A DNA stretch of 64,000 nucleotides from Leucoraja ocellata. Taxonomy: Eukaryota. Of the stretch, positions 53,051 to 64,000 are shown piece by piece. The notes below the pieces were generated by a model, which saw only the letters and a list, made by a program, of their open reading frames with translations, did no database searches and was not told the origin of the DNA. The DNA lies in contig JAWMAR010000134.1 in assembly GCA_036785375.1 (NCBI GenBank), forward strand, positions 6,014,001-6,078,000, in the 5' to 3' direction. Made by a program: the position numbers and the translations under genes. Position 1 is the first letter of the stretch, and the number at the start of each line of letters is the position of its first letter.

Positions 53051-54248
53051 CATCCTCCTTGCTTTGTTATCAACTTTAATGATCAAAAGTAAATAAAGCA
53101 GGTAAGCACTTCAGGTAAGTACAATAAAAAAATTATCATATTTAGCATTACATTTTTCTTTTCTATGCCATCTAGAAATAAACCATTTGCTTGGTTTATT
53201 TTTATATGGTTTTAATAACCTTCATAATCTCTGATTTGTACCTATATGTACTTTCAGATCTCTTTATTCCATTAACCAATTTTGATTATTTTCCTAATGA
53301 TTTTTTTTTCAATTGTTTTCTCATAACAATACTATCCCCTCATCTTTGCACCAAACCATTTGTCATTTCATGCCATTTGGAAGTTCATCTTGTAATTAGC
53401 AGTCCCTAACACTTTTCCCAGGTCTGTATCATATGCAAATTGAATACCTGTTCTTGCTTGGTTCCAATATCAAAATCATTAATATAGCTTGTGGACTGTT
53501 GTTTCAACAGCCATTCCTCTGGTAGCCCACCTGCCGTTGAAAGCGTTCTATCAGGATCCTTCACAGCTTGGTTTGGCAACAACTTTATCCAAGACTGCAA
53601 GAAATTTCAGTTACAAGCAAGCCTTATGCACACCTGCATTTCTGTAATTGTAATGCCATAATGTTGGCCTGGAACTCTGGTATTTTTCTCTTTGCACTAC
53701 CTGTTGTACTTGTTTATGGCAAGCTTGTTCTCATGTATAGTATGATTTGATAGGAAAGCGCAAAATTATGTATTTCACCCTATATCTCAATACATGTGAC
53801 AATAATAAACCAATCCCAATATTTCCGCTATTCTAAGTAATTCTTCTCACCCAGAACTATTCTTCACTTCTTTTGTCTTAAAAGTTATCTTTTTGTTACT
53901 TTACCACATTGCATGTTTGCTGCCAAACCTTGATCGTAAATCAAGATAGAACAAACACTGATCAAGCTTCATATCTCTGTGTACCTTAAGGAACAGAGGG
54001 ATTTATACTGAACTTTTCAAACAGACTGTGAGTCAAAGGAAATACCAAAGACACTGTTCGTGCAAATGTCAAACAGAACTACATTTTCCCTTAATATGGG
54101 AGCAATTAATATGGACTAAGCAGGAATCACAGAAGGATGCTCAACAGCTGTGGCAGGGCTTGCATGCCATCACCTCCCACAATGCAGAATCGGGTAGAAT
54201 CAGAGTGTGTTCTGATCCATCCTGATGTTGGAGTTTAGATCTACATAT

Positions 54249-54483
54249 NNNNNNNNNNNNNNNNNNNNNNNNNNNNNNNNNNNNNNNNNNNNNNNNNNNN
54301 NNNNNNNNNNNNNNNNNNNNNNNNNNNNNNNNNNNNNNNNNNNNNNNNNNNNNNNNNNNNNNNNNNNNNNNNNNNNNNNNNNNNNNNNNNNNNNNNNNNN
54401 NNNNNNNNNNNNNNNNNNNNNNNNNNNNNNNNNNNNNNNNNNNNNNNNNNNNNNNNNNNNNNNNNNNNNNNNNNNNNNNNNNN
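54249..54483. other. Assembly gap
   Basis: Run of N. Confidence 1.
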
Positions 54484-54944
54484 TACTAGTATTAGTAGTA
54501 CACCTGCCCTATGCACAACAACTTTTTTAAAATAATTATTCCATCCATCCTCTCTCGCTTCTCCGAAATGCGAATGTCACTTGTTTAAATTTGTGCATTT
54601 ATCCTCAGTTTATTACATTTGTTGATTTAATGTCAACTTTTTTTAATTTAAACGCTGTTCCGGTCATTTTTTATTTTATAATTTAATGTAATATGTATTT
54701 GATGTGTAAATTTCACACCGGTAAATTCTGAATCAAATAATGATTTAATATTAGACTCATAGAGTGATACAGTGTGGAAACAGGCCCTATGGCCCAACTT
54801 GCCCACACCAGCCAACATGTCCCAGCTACACTACGCCCTACTCCGATGGATCTTCTGCCGGTGCTCGCAGGTCCCAATCCCTTCTTTAAAAAAAACCCAC
54901 GATACCAGAAAAATATTTTAATGTTTTATTTCTCTGGTATAAAA

Positions 54945-55261
54945 TGGTGACACAGCAGTAGAGTTGCTGCCTTACAGCGAATGCAGCAGCAGAGACCCAG
55001 GTTCGATCCCGACTACGGGTGCTGTCTGTACAGAGTTTATAAGTTTTCCCCGTGACCTGCGTGGGGTTTCTCCGAGATCTTCGGTTTTCTCCCGCACTCC
55101 AAAGATGTACAGGTTTGTAGGTTAATTGGCTTGGTAAATGTAAAAATTGTCCCTAATGGGTATAGGATAGTGTTAATATGCGGGGATCGCTGGTCGGCAT
55201 GGACCCGGTGGGTCGAAGGGCCTGTTTCCTCGCTGTATCTCTAAACGAAACTAAACTAAAA
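54945..55261 (+). mobile_element. Near full-length V-SINE (HE1-like)
   Basis: tRNA head with B-box ggttcgatccc, V-core, CR1-like end gaagggcctgtttcc and (CTAAA)n tail. Confidence 0.92.
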
Positions 55262-55909
55262 GAACACAACCATACATTGTTATCCATGAGGTCTTATCCT
55301 TAATGGTTATCTCTGATATTTCCTTGGTGCCATGACCTGGCACGTACTAATCAAAAAGGCAACTGCAATGCTGGCCTTAAGGTCTCAAGGACTGAAGCAG
55401 TTGATAATGTGGAGTGGGTAGAAGGTGAAACGGGGCAAGCTACAAGTAATACTGCAGCTATTCAAAGCAAATTACAGGTTGTGTGTTTAGTTCTAGGCAT
55501 CACAACCTATGATAGAGACATTGCCCTTGGAGTGTTCATTGTAAATTTCCCAGATTAATGTTGAAACAATGGTTAAAATAACAAACAAAAAAAAGCTTGA
55601 ATTCTCTAGAATGTATCTGTTATGGAATGTCTTAATTGACACAAAGAACTGATAGTGTACATGGAAATAAACTATTTCTGCAGCTCTGGAGTCTAGGACT
55701 AAGAGACTTAGTTATAAAAAAATGATGTCAAGTCTTTCAGGAGTGAAATTATGGAATTGTTTTTACAGTCACACTCACTGAGATTACAAGATTATATTGC
55801 AAACAGCCATTGATGTTGCTTAATGTCAAATCTAAGCAATAGACTTGTTTAACTATTAAGGCACATGTACATGGAGTAAGATCGGATTAAATGGCTCAAG
55901 GGACTAAAC

Positions 55910-56357
55910 CAGGAGTCAGCAACCAACGGTCCCCAGGCTGAATGCGCCCCGTAACCCGAAATCATCCGGCCCACAGGCGGATTTTTTCCCCCTTATTCAT
56001 CAGGCCCGCCGAGCGCCCCGAGCAGCGGCCGAGCTCTGTCTGTACCGCATCCTCCGCGAAGCCGCCGGCATGGCCGCGCACCTTCTGTGAACACGTTTAA
56101 GAACGAACTGCAGGTGCTGGAAAAATCGAAGGTAGACAAAAATGCTGGAGAAACTCAGCGGGTGACACATGCAAGGATTGCATGAGGCTACATCACCCCC
56201 TGAGTTTCCCTAACATTTTTGTCTACCTTCTGTGAACATTTGATTTGATGCCCGCCTTCCGGGGCAGGGTCAATGTGTTCATGTGATAGATGTGGCCCGC
56301 CATCCGCTCACAGACATGCGTCCTGGCCCATATGCAGAACAAGGTTGTCGACCCCTG
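55910..56357. mobile_element. hAT-Charlie-like MITE
   Basis: TIRs caggagtcagcaacc / ggttgtcgacccctg; perfect 8-bp TSD gactaaac (55902-09, 56358-65). Confidence 0.9.
56094..56224. mobile_element. Penelope-like inverted-arm element lacking the hammerhead core, nested in the MITE
   Basis: Both arm ends are present around an unrelated spacer; flanking repeat accttctgtgaaca (56080-93, 56225-38). Confidence 0.8.
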
Positions 56358-56669
56358 GACTAAACGGTCGACACCTATCCTGAGTTCCTTATGAAAAGAT
56401 TCAAAACAGATTTTGTATTGATGCCAAATAGTAAGTTTCCAAATTATGTTGATATCTTGACTGATTGAAGTTAGTGCAGATTTCTCAGTAGCTCAAAAAA
56501 TACTAATCAATATATAATTGTAATCTAATGCATAATGGCCAGCAAAAGAGGGTTGACAGAATGTTGTAGTCTGAGTTAACCGAAGTCTGCGATGTGGTTG
56601 CATCTGTTGAGGACATGCTTGACCAGATTTATGACTTCAGTGCAATTGCACATTCAGTACATTCAGTGC

Positions 56670-58238
56670 ACATCGGTGGTGGGGAAGATGTTGGAGTCAA
56701 TTATAAAGGATGAGATAGCCGATCATTTGGATACCAGTAACAGGATCGGTCCGAGTCAGCATGGATTTATGAAGGGGAAATCATTCTTGACTAATCTTCT
56801 GGAATTTTTTGAAGATGTAACTAGGAAAATGGACAAAGGAGAGCCAGTGGATGCAGTGTACCTGGACTTTCAGAAAGCATTTGATAAGGTCCCACACAGG
56901 AGATTAGTGGGCAAAATTAGGGCACATGGTATTGGGGGTACAGTGCTGACATGGATAGAGAAGTGGTTGGCAGGCAGGAAACAAAGAGTAGGGATTAACG
57001 GGTCCCTTTCAGAACGGCAGGCAGTGACTAGTGAAGTACCGCAAGGCTCGGTGCTGGGACCGCAGCTATTTACAATATACATCAATGATTTGGATGAAGG
57101 GATTCAAAGTAATATTAGCAAATTTTCAGATGTTACAAAGCTGGGTGGCAGTGTGAACTGTGAGGAGGATGCTATGAGAATGCAGGGCGACTTGGACAAG
57201 TTGGGGGAGTGGGCAGATGCATGGCAGATGAAGTTTAATGCAGATAAATGTGAGGTTATCCACTTTGGTAGCAAAAACAGGAAGGCCGATTAATATCTAA
57301 ATGGCGTCGTGGGAAAAGGGGAAGTACAACGGGATCTGGGGGTCCTTGTACATTAGTCTATGAAAGTAAGCATGCAGGTACAGCAGGCAGTGAAAAAAGC
57401 GAATGGCATGTTGGCCTTTATAACAAGAGGAATCGAATATAGGAGCAAATAGGTCCTTCTGCAGTTGTACAGAGCCCTAGTGAGACCACACCTGGAGTAT
57501 TGTGTGCAGTTTTGGTCCCCTAATTTGAGGAAGGACATTCTTGCTATTGAGGGAGTTCAGCAAAGATTTACAAGGTTAATTCCCGGGATGGCGTGCCTGC
57601 CATATGTTGAGAGAATGGAGCAGCTGGGCTTGTACCCTCTGGAGTTTCAGATTCAGATTCAGATTCAACTTGAATTGTCATTGTCAGTGTACAGTACAGA
57701 GACAACAAAATGCAGTTAGCATCTCCCTTGAAGAGCGACATAGAATATGATTTTAATAAAGAAATCTATTTACATATATACAGACATAGTGTTTTTCCCG
57801 TGGGAGGAGTGTCCGGGGGGGGGGGTGATTGGCAGTCACCGAGGTACATTGTTGAGCAGTTTAGAAGGATGAGAGGGAATCTCATTGAAACATATAAGAT
57901 TGTTAAGGGTTTGGACACGCTAGAGACAGGAAACTCCAGAACCAGGGGCCACAGTTTAAGAATAAGGAGTAAGCTATTTAGAACGGAGACGAGGAAACAT
58001 TTTTTCTCACAGAGAGTGGTGAGTCTGTGGAATTCTCTGCCTCAGAGGGCGGTGGAGGCGGGTTCTCTGGATACTTTCAAGAGAGAGCTAGATAGGGCTC
58101 TTACAAATAGTGGAGTCAGGGGATATGGGGAAAAGACAGGAAGGGGGTACTGAATGGGGATGATCAGCCATGATCATATTGAATGGCGGTGCTGGATCGA
58201 AGGGCCGAATGGCCTACCCCTGCAACTATTGTCTATTG
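56670..58238 (+). mobile_element. CR1 LINE 3' half (RT through 3' UTR), with stops and an insertion
   Basis: QHGFMKGKS, YLDFQKAFDKVPH, VPQGSVLGP, SKFSD, RPHLEYCVQFW; tail tattgtctattg. Confidence 0.95.
57646..57857 (-). mobile_element. Rex1/L2-type 3' end inserted into the CR1
   Basis: Interrupts ctggagttt|agaagg; (CTGAAT)n tail on the minus strand; short agttt duplication. Confidence 0.7.
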
Positions 58239-58534
58239 TGTGGCACAAATGGAATACAAACTTTTGAATGCCAACAAAGTTGAGAAAGATTCTCCACAGC
58301 ACCATTAGGTCGAAGCGGTGAAGGTTTGTGTTTGGTCAAGAAAACCTCAAATATGCTGCCTTCTGCATTTTTCTTGGCGGTCAGGCAAGGCAAAAAAACA
58401 TCAGCTGAGCTTCTGAATGGATGGAATATATACTGCAATTTGGGGAAACTTCAGCAACTGCAAGGATTGCAAGGAGGCAGATGAGGCAAACTCTCGGGAT
58501 TTCATTCCCCGCAGGAAGATGCCTTTGTCGTTTT

Positions 58535-59154
58535 CATAGAAAACATAGAAAATAGGTGCAGGAGTAGGCCATTCGGCCCTTCGAGCCTGCACCGCCATTC
58601 AATATGATCATGGCTGATCATCCAACTCAGTATCCTGTACCTGCCTTCTCTCCATACCCCCTGATCCCTTTAGCCACAAGGGCCACATCTAACTCCCTCT
58701 TAAATATAGCCAATGAACTGGCCTCAACTACCTTCTGTGGCAGAGAATTCCACAGATTCACCACTCTCTGTGTGAAAAATGTTTTTCTCATCTCGGTCCT
58801 AAAAGATTTCCCCCTTATCCTTAAACTGTGACCCCTTGTTCTGGACTTCCCCAACATCGGGAACAATCTTCCTGCATCTAGCCTGTCCAACCCCTTAAGA
58901 ATTTTGTAAGTTTCTATAAGATCCCCCCTCAATCTTCTAAATTCTAGCGAGTACAAGCCGAGTCTATCCAGTCTTTCTTCATATGAAAGTCCTGCCATCC
59001 CAGGAATCAGTCTGGTGAACGTTCTCTGTACTCCCTCTATGGCAAGAATGTCTTTCCTCAGACTTGGAGACCAAAACTGTACACAATACTCCAGGTGTGG
59101 TCTCACCAAACCCTGTACAAATGCAGTAGAACCTCCCTGCTCCAATACTCAAAT
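58535..59154 (-). mobile_element. Young CR1 LINE 3' fragment, closely similar to 14814-15430
   Basis: 172-aa ORF almost identical to the 14903-15553 ORF; tail catagaaaacatagaaa. Confidence 0.95.
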
Positions 59155-60006
59155 TTTCGCATGATTACAGGATCCACTGAGGTCCTTTATTTCCAATGAG
59201 TCTACAAATGTGGCAGTAGCAACTCTCCACCTTATTGCAGAACTTTTGAACACATATCAGATGCCTTGTTTTTCATCTGCACCATAAAACTCAAACTGGG
59301 AAAAGAGTGAGCTATTCAGTCCTCTTGGTCACTTCTGCCCAGGCTTCCTGAGGGGAGATGAAGCTTAAAACCCAAGAATACCATGAGTTTGTGGTTAGAT
59401 ACTGGATCTCCTGGTCATTTCTCAAGCCAGTCCTCGTGTAATTAACGGTTTCTTTCGAGATGTGAATTCTGGTGAACTGAAGGGCAATCCAGCCACTGTG
59501 TACTCTTAATAACTCATTTTGGATGGGAGTTGTCATGCTGTCTGAGAAAAAGATCGTTGAGTCATTTAAAAAATCTTGGAGGGGCAAGTTTACTAGGCTA
59601 ATGCGAACAATGAGCAGAAATCCTAGTTATCACTGCGGCACCAATCTACCTCCACCACCGGGGCAGTGACAATGAACTTTGCCTCAGGAGAGAACAAATA
59701 ATGGTCTCAACTTTTTGGTATTTCCCCAAGCAGAAGTTAAACACAGATTGAGGAATATTCAAAAATCCTGAAGAAAATTGACAAAATTAAACCGTGTTCT
59801 GAAGCGTTGATCGGCAAAGTTTGTGATGCATCAAGCCAGAGCACTTAAACAATGCCTATTAGAATATAAATTCCCAAATTAACATCAGCAGCAGGTATGG
59901 CTTCATGACAAATCTCCAAGATTCAGTCAAACAAAACCTTCCCTTAATTGTTACGTGTTGTCTAGAGAGATTTAACTTTAATTTATAGCAACAATTTAAG
60001 AAAATA

Positions 60007-61515
60007 CAGCGTCCTGCATAATGTTTGGGACAAAGACCCATCAATGATTTATTTAGCTCTGTACTCCACGATTTGAGATTTTTAATAGAAAAAAAAATCA
60101 CATGTGGTTAAAGTGCACATTGTCAGATTGTATTAAAGGCCATTTTTATACATTTTGGTTTCTCCATGTAGAAATTACAGCTGTGTTTATACACAGTCCC
60201 CCAATTTCAGGGCACCATAATGTTTGGGACACAGCAATGTAATGTAAATGAAAGAAGGCATGTTTAGTATTTTGTTGCATATCCTTTGCATGCAAAGACT
60301 GCTTGAAGTCAGCACTGCCAGCCCTGTATTGCACCCATCTTTAGCTTGTGCTTGTTATGGGGACTAGTCCCCTTCAGTTTTCTCTTCAGCATATAAAAGG
60401 CATACTCAATTGGGTTCACATCAGGTGATTGACTTGGCCACTCAAGAATTTATCATTTTTTAGCTTTGAAAAACTCCTTTGTTGCTCTAGCAGTATGTAT
60501 GGGATCATTGTCTTGTTTTAGAATGAACCGCCGGCCAATAAATTTTGAGGCATTTGTTTGAACTTGAGCAGATAGGATGTGTCTATACACTTCAGAATTA
60601 ATTATGCTACTATAATCAGCAGTTGTATTATCAATGAAGATAAGTGAGCCAGTACATTCAACAGCAATACATGCCCAGGCCATAACACCCCCACCACCGT
60701 GTTTCACAGATGAGGTGGTATGCTTTGGATCTTGAGCAGTTCCTTTTCTCTTGGCAAGTACTTCTTGGCAAACTGCAACCTGGCCATCCTATTTTTGCGG
60801 CTAACCAGTGGTTTGCATCTTGCAGTGTCATCTCTGTAGTTCTGTTCATGAAGTCTTCTGCGGACAGTGGTCATTGACAAATCCACACCTGACTCCTGAA
60901 GATTGTTTCTGATCTGTCGGATAGGAGTTTGGGGATTTTTCTTTATTATAGAGAGAATTCGTCTGTCATCAGCTGTGGAGGTCTTCCTTGGCCTGCCAGT
61001 CCCTTTGCGATAAGCTCTTTCTTCTTAATGATGTTCCAAACAGTTGATTTTGGTAAGCCTAAGGTAAGGCTGATGTCTCTAGCAGTTTTATTCTTGTTTC
61101 TCAGTCTCATAATGGCTTATTTGACTTTCATTGGCACAACTTTGGTCCTCATGTTGATAAACAGCAATAAAAGTTTCCAAAGGTGATGGAAAGACTGGAG
61201 GAAAGACGAGGTGCTGAGAGCTCTCTTATACTTACATTAAGGAGGCAAATAAACACACGTGAGCAATTACAAACACCTGTGAAGCCATGTGTCCCAAACA
61301 TTATAGTGCCCTGAAATGGGGGGGGATTATGTATAAACACTGCTGTAATTTCTACATGTTGAAACCAAAATGTATAAAAATGGCCTTTATTAAAATCTGA
61401 CAATGTGCACTTTAACCACATGTGATTTTTTTTCTATTACAAATCTCAAATTTTGGAGTACAGAGGCAAATAAATAAATGATGGGTCTTTGTCCCAAACA
61501 TTATGGAGGGCAACG
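60007..61515 (-). mobile_element. Tc1-family IR/DR transposon with a decayed D34E transposase
   Basis: About 225-bp TIRs, each with two cataatgtttgggaca repeats; left TA; KHGGGGVMAW, QDNDPIHT and WPSQSPDVNPIE with 34 residues between D and E; stops and an internal deletion. Confidence 0.93.
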
Positions 61516-62429
61516 TGAGACCATTAGCAGTGCAATGGATGCAATTTATGATATTTTGTTTACAACTGCACCTTCTGTACAAGAGGGACTGTACAAGGCT
61601 GTCATAATTGGGCAAGCAGAAACCCACTCTTTGCCTTCATTAAACTTCACATATGTACATAAGGAAAAAATATCAAGGTATTTTGCTTTTGATTTAATAA
61701 GCAATCATATGCTGAAATACAATAGATAGGTTTCGAGAGGTAACAATTAAGCTGCATGCAACACTTTAGCATGTTAAGATATTATATAAATAAATAAAAA
61801 ACAAATCCCTATCTACCAATCGAGCCATGGAAATTCAATTTGCAATGCAATATCTTCTAGCTCATCTTTCTTCCCAGCTTTAGATTCTTGCAATATGGTT
61901 ACAATCATCTGCCCCCAAAACCTGAGGTTGAGTAATACCTTCTATTTTAAAAGGCACACACACAAAATCAAAAACCATAAATGTGAGAAAGCTGAAATTA
62001 AAAACAGCTGGAAATGCTCAGTGGGACACGCAGTATATCTGCAAGGAGAAATAGTTGTTCCCAGTTTAAATGAAGAAGCCCATAATATAAACGTTTGCAC
62101 TTTACAAATAAGTTAACAGACCTACTGATAATTTCCAGCAGTTTGTTTTATCACAAAAATAAAAGATTGAGTATCTGTTCCTTATATTTGATGCACTTCC
62201 AGGCAACCTGGAGCATACAAAAGCACAGCAACATGCCATACAGCCCACAAGGGCTGCTGAACATCATGGCAAGACAAAATCTCAACTTCCTGCACATGGT
62301 CGCATATCCATGTGACTATCCTAAAACCTATTTTATTGGATAGACACATGGTCTTTGGGCTTCTTATGATAAAAAAGTATCTACTTGGCATAGTGCTGCA
62401 AGAACTAATATACCAGTTGCAGAGATGGC

Positions 62430-62850
62430 AAGTTGGCCAATTGAGATATCGAGTAAACTCTGCTTGTGTTCTCTCGTACAGAAGAATAAAAGGTCTCATT
62501 GAAACTTACAATATTCCAAGTGTTTAATCGTCAGGTTGTAGAGAGGATGCTTCCCCAGGCTGAGGAAAATCAAACTATAAGTCACTGGCTCAGAGGAATG
62601 CATAGACCATTTTGGAGTGAGATGAGAAACCTCTTCCTGCAGAGTGTGGTGAATCTATGGAAGTCTCTATTCCAGAAGGTTGTGGTGGCACAATAATTTA
62701 ATTTCACTCAAATTAGAGATCAGTGGATTTCTGGATAATAAGAGAATCCAGAGATACACGCAGAAAAAAATGAAGATTAGTCATGAACAAGGGCAGAATA
62801 GTTCAAATCGGCCAAATGGGCAATTCCTACTTTAATTTTTATGTTCTTAT
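62430..62850 (+). mobile_element. Old CR1 3' fragment
   Basis: RRIKGLIETYNI and EMRNLFLQSVVNLWKSL. Confidence 0.7.
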
Positions 62851-63693
62851 AATTTTCATATTTTCTACAGAATACAGTACTAGCGAGTCCCTATGATTGA
62901 CACTAATTTCCTCCTGAGAGAGAATAGAAATCTCATTAATTATGCCAACCTGCTGTCACTGGAGTAAAATTACCTTCTTTCAGACAGGTGCATGCTTCGA
63001 TCCACATATCAATTTGATCACAAAGCTACATTGGCTGAAACCAGGACCCTTAGAGTGAAAGTACAGCAGTCTTTCCACCGACTTTTATTTCCTGGATAGA
63101 ATCTAGGTTTCAGAGCCCGAGAGAGAATGTTAGCCCACTGAACCATTTTATCCCCTTGGGTATTTATTATTTTTTAAATAGGACAAGTTTTCTCAATGAA
63201 AGTTGCCCTAAACGCATGCTTTAGTTTCAAATAAGATGTTCATTATACTTACAATTTTATGAAATCTAAAGTAAATTATACTAAAAGATATTTTAAATCC
63301 ACTTGAACCATCTGACCTCCCCAATTTAACTGTGATATTAAGTGCAAATGTATGTAAATGGCAACATTAAGTTTTATGCCGTGAAAATAAAAAAGGCTAC
63401 AAAAGCTGGAAATGTCCATGTTTTACATTATGAGATCCCACGCCTACAATCCCCTACAATTTATCCAACTTCTTTCGTCTCCTTCCTAATTCCGAAGAGG
63501 GTCTTTGACTAGAAATGTTTAACTTTATTTCCCTTTTTTATAGATGCAGTGCAACCTGTTAGAATTTTATGAGGTATCTGGCCACACACCCATTTCACCC
63601 CTGCCATTGAGAAGAAGGTACAGAAGCCTGAAAATGAACGTCCAGGAACAGCTTCTTCCCTACAGCCATCAGGCTATTAAATACCACAACTTC

Positions 63694-63769
63694 CAATCTC
63701 ATATTGTGGAGTACAGAGGCAAATAAATAAATGATGGATCTTTGTCCCAAACATTATGGAGGGCACTGC
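63694..63769. mobile_element. Solo outer fragment of the Tc1 TIR
   Basis: tggagtacagaggcaaataaataaatgatgg.tctttgtcccaaacattatggagggcactg matches about 61454-61515. Confidence 0.85.
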
Positions 63770-64000
63770 GTTTGCTTTTTCCCTTTATTTCAAACCACCC
63801 AACTCCCGTAGTGTCTACAATGACATTTGTTTTCAGTAAGCAAAACCCAAAACACTTACAATTCACTACGGGTCTAGATCTTCAATAAATTTTGAAAAAT
63901 CAACGCCACTTTTTGTCCACAGCTCCTTAATATAATCCTGCAAATGGTGCCGTTTTGATCTTTTGAGTATTTTTTTAGTTCAATCACACAAGAACTAGCA

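Noticed and set aside
54945-55020. tRNA gene
   Set aside because: It is the tRNA-derived head of a V-SINE, continuous with the core and tail.
59312-59587. Possible SND1 exon 15 (SKETV resembles PKETC)
   Set aside because: Surrounding residues do not match [24 protein letters not shown] in the frames I read.

Overview
Repeat-rich vertebrate intronic DNA, most likely from a cartilaginous fish (skate/ray-like; inferred from the repeat families). The only recognisable host coding sequence is one 110-bp minus-strand exon (22076-22185, [37 protein letters not shown]) matching SND1/Tudor-SN, equivalent to human exon 16 as I recall it. The rest is therefore SND1 intron: intron 16 to the left, intron 15 to the right. 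It contains CR1, RTE, L1 and Rex1-type LINE fragments, tRNA-derived V-SINEs, old DeuSINE relics, Harbinger, hAT and pogo-like MITEs, a decayed IR/DR Tc1 (D34E) and two assembly gaps. The most notable structure is a family of more than a dozen short non-coding insertions carrying a minimal type I hammerhead ribozyme core (CTGAAGA-A-GGGTCTCGACCC-GAAA-CG-TC). They have 10-15 bp target-site duplications and a stereotyped inverted second arm, which points to non-autonomous Penelope-like elements. Family names come from recall of consensus motifs, not from database searches.
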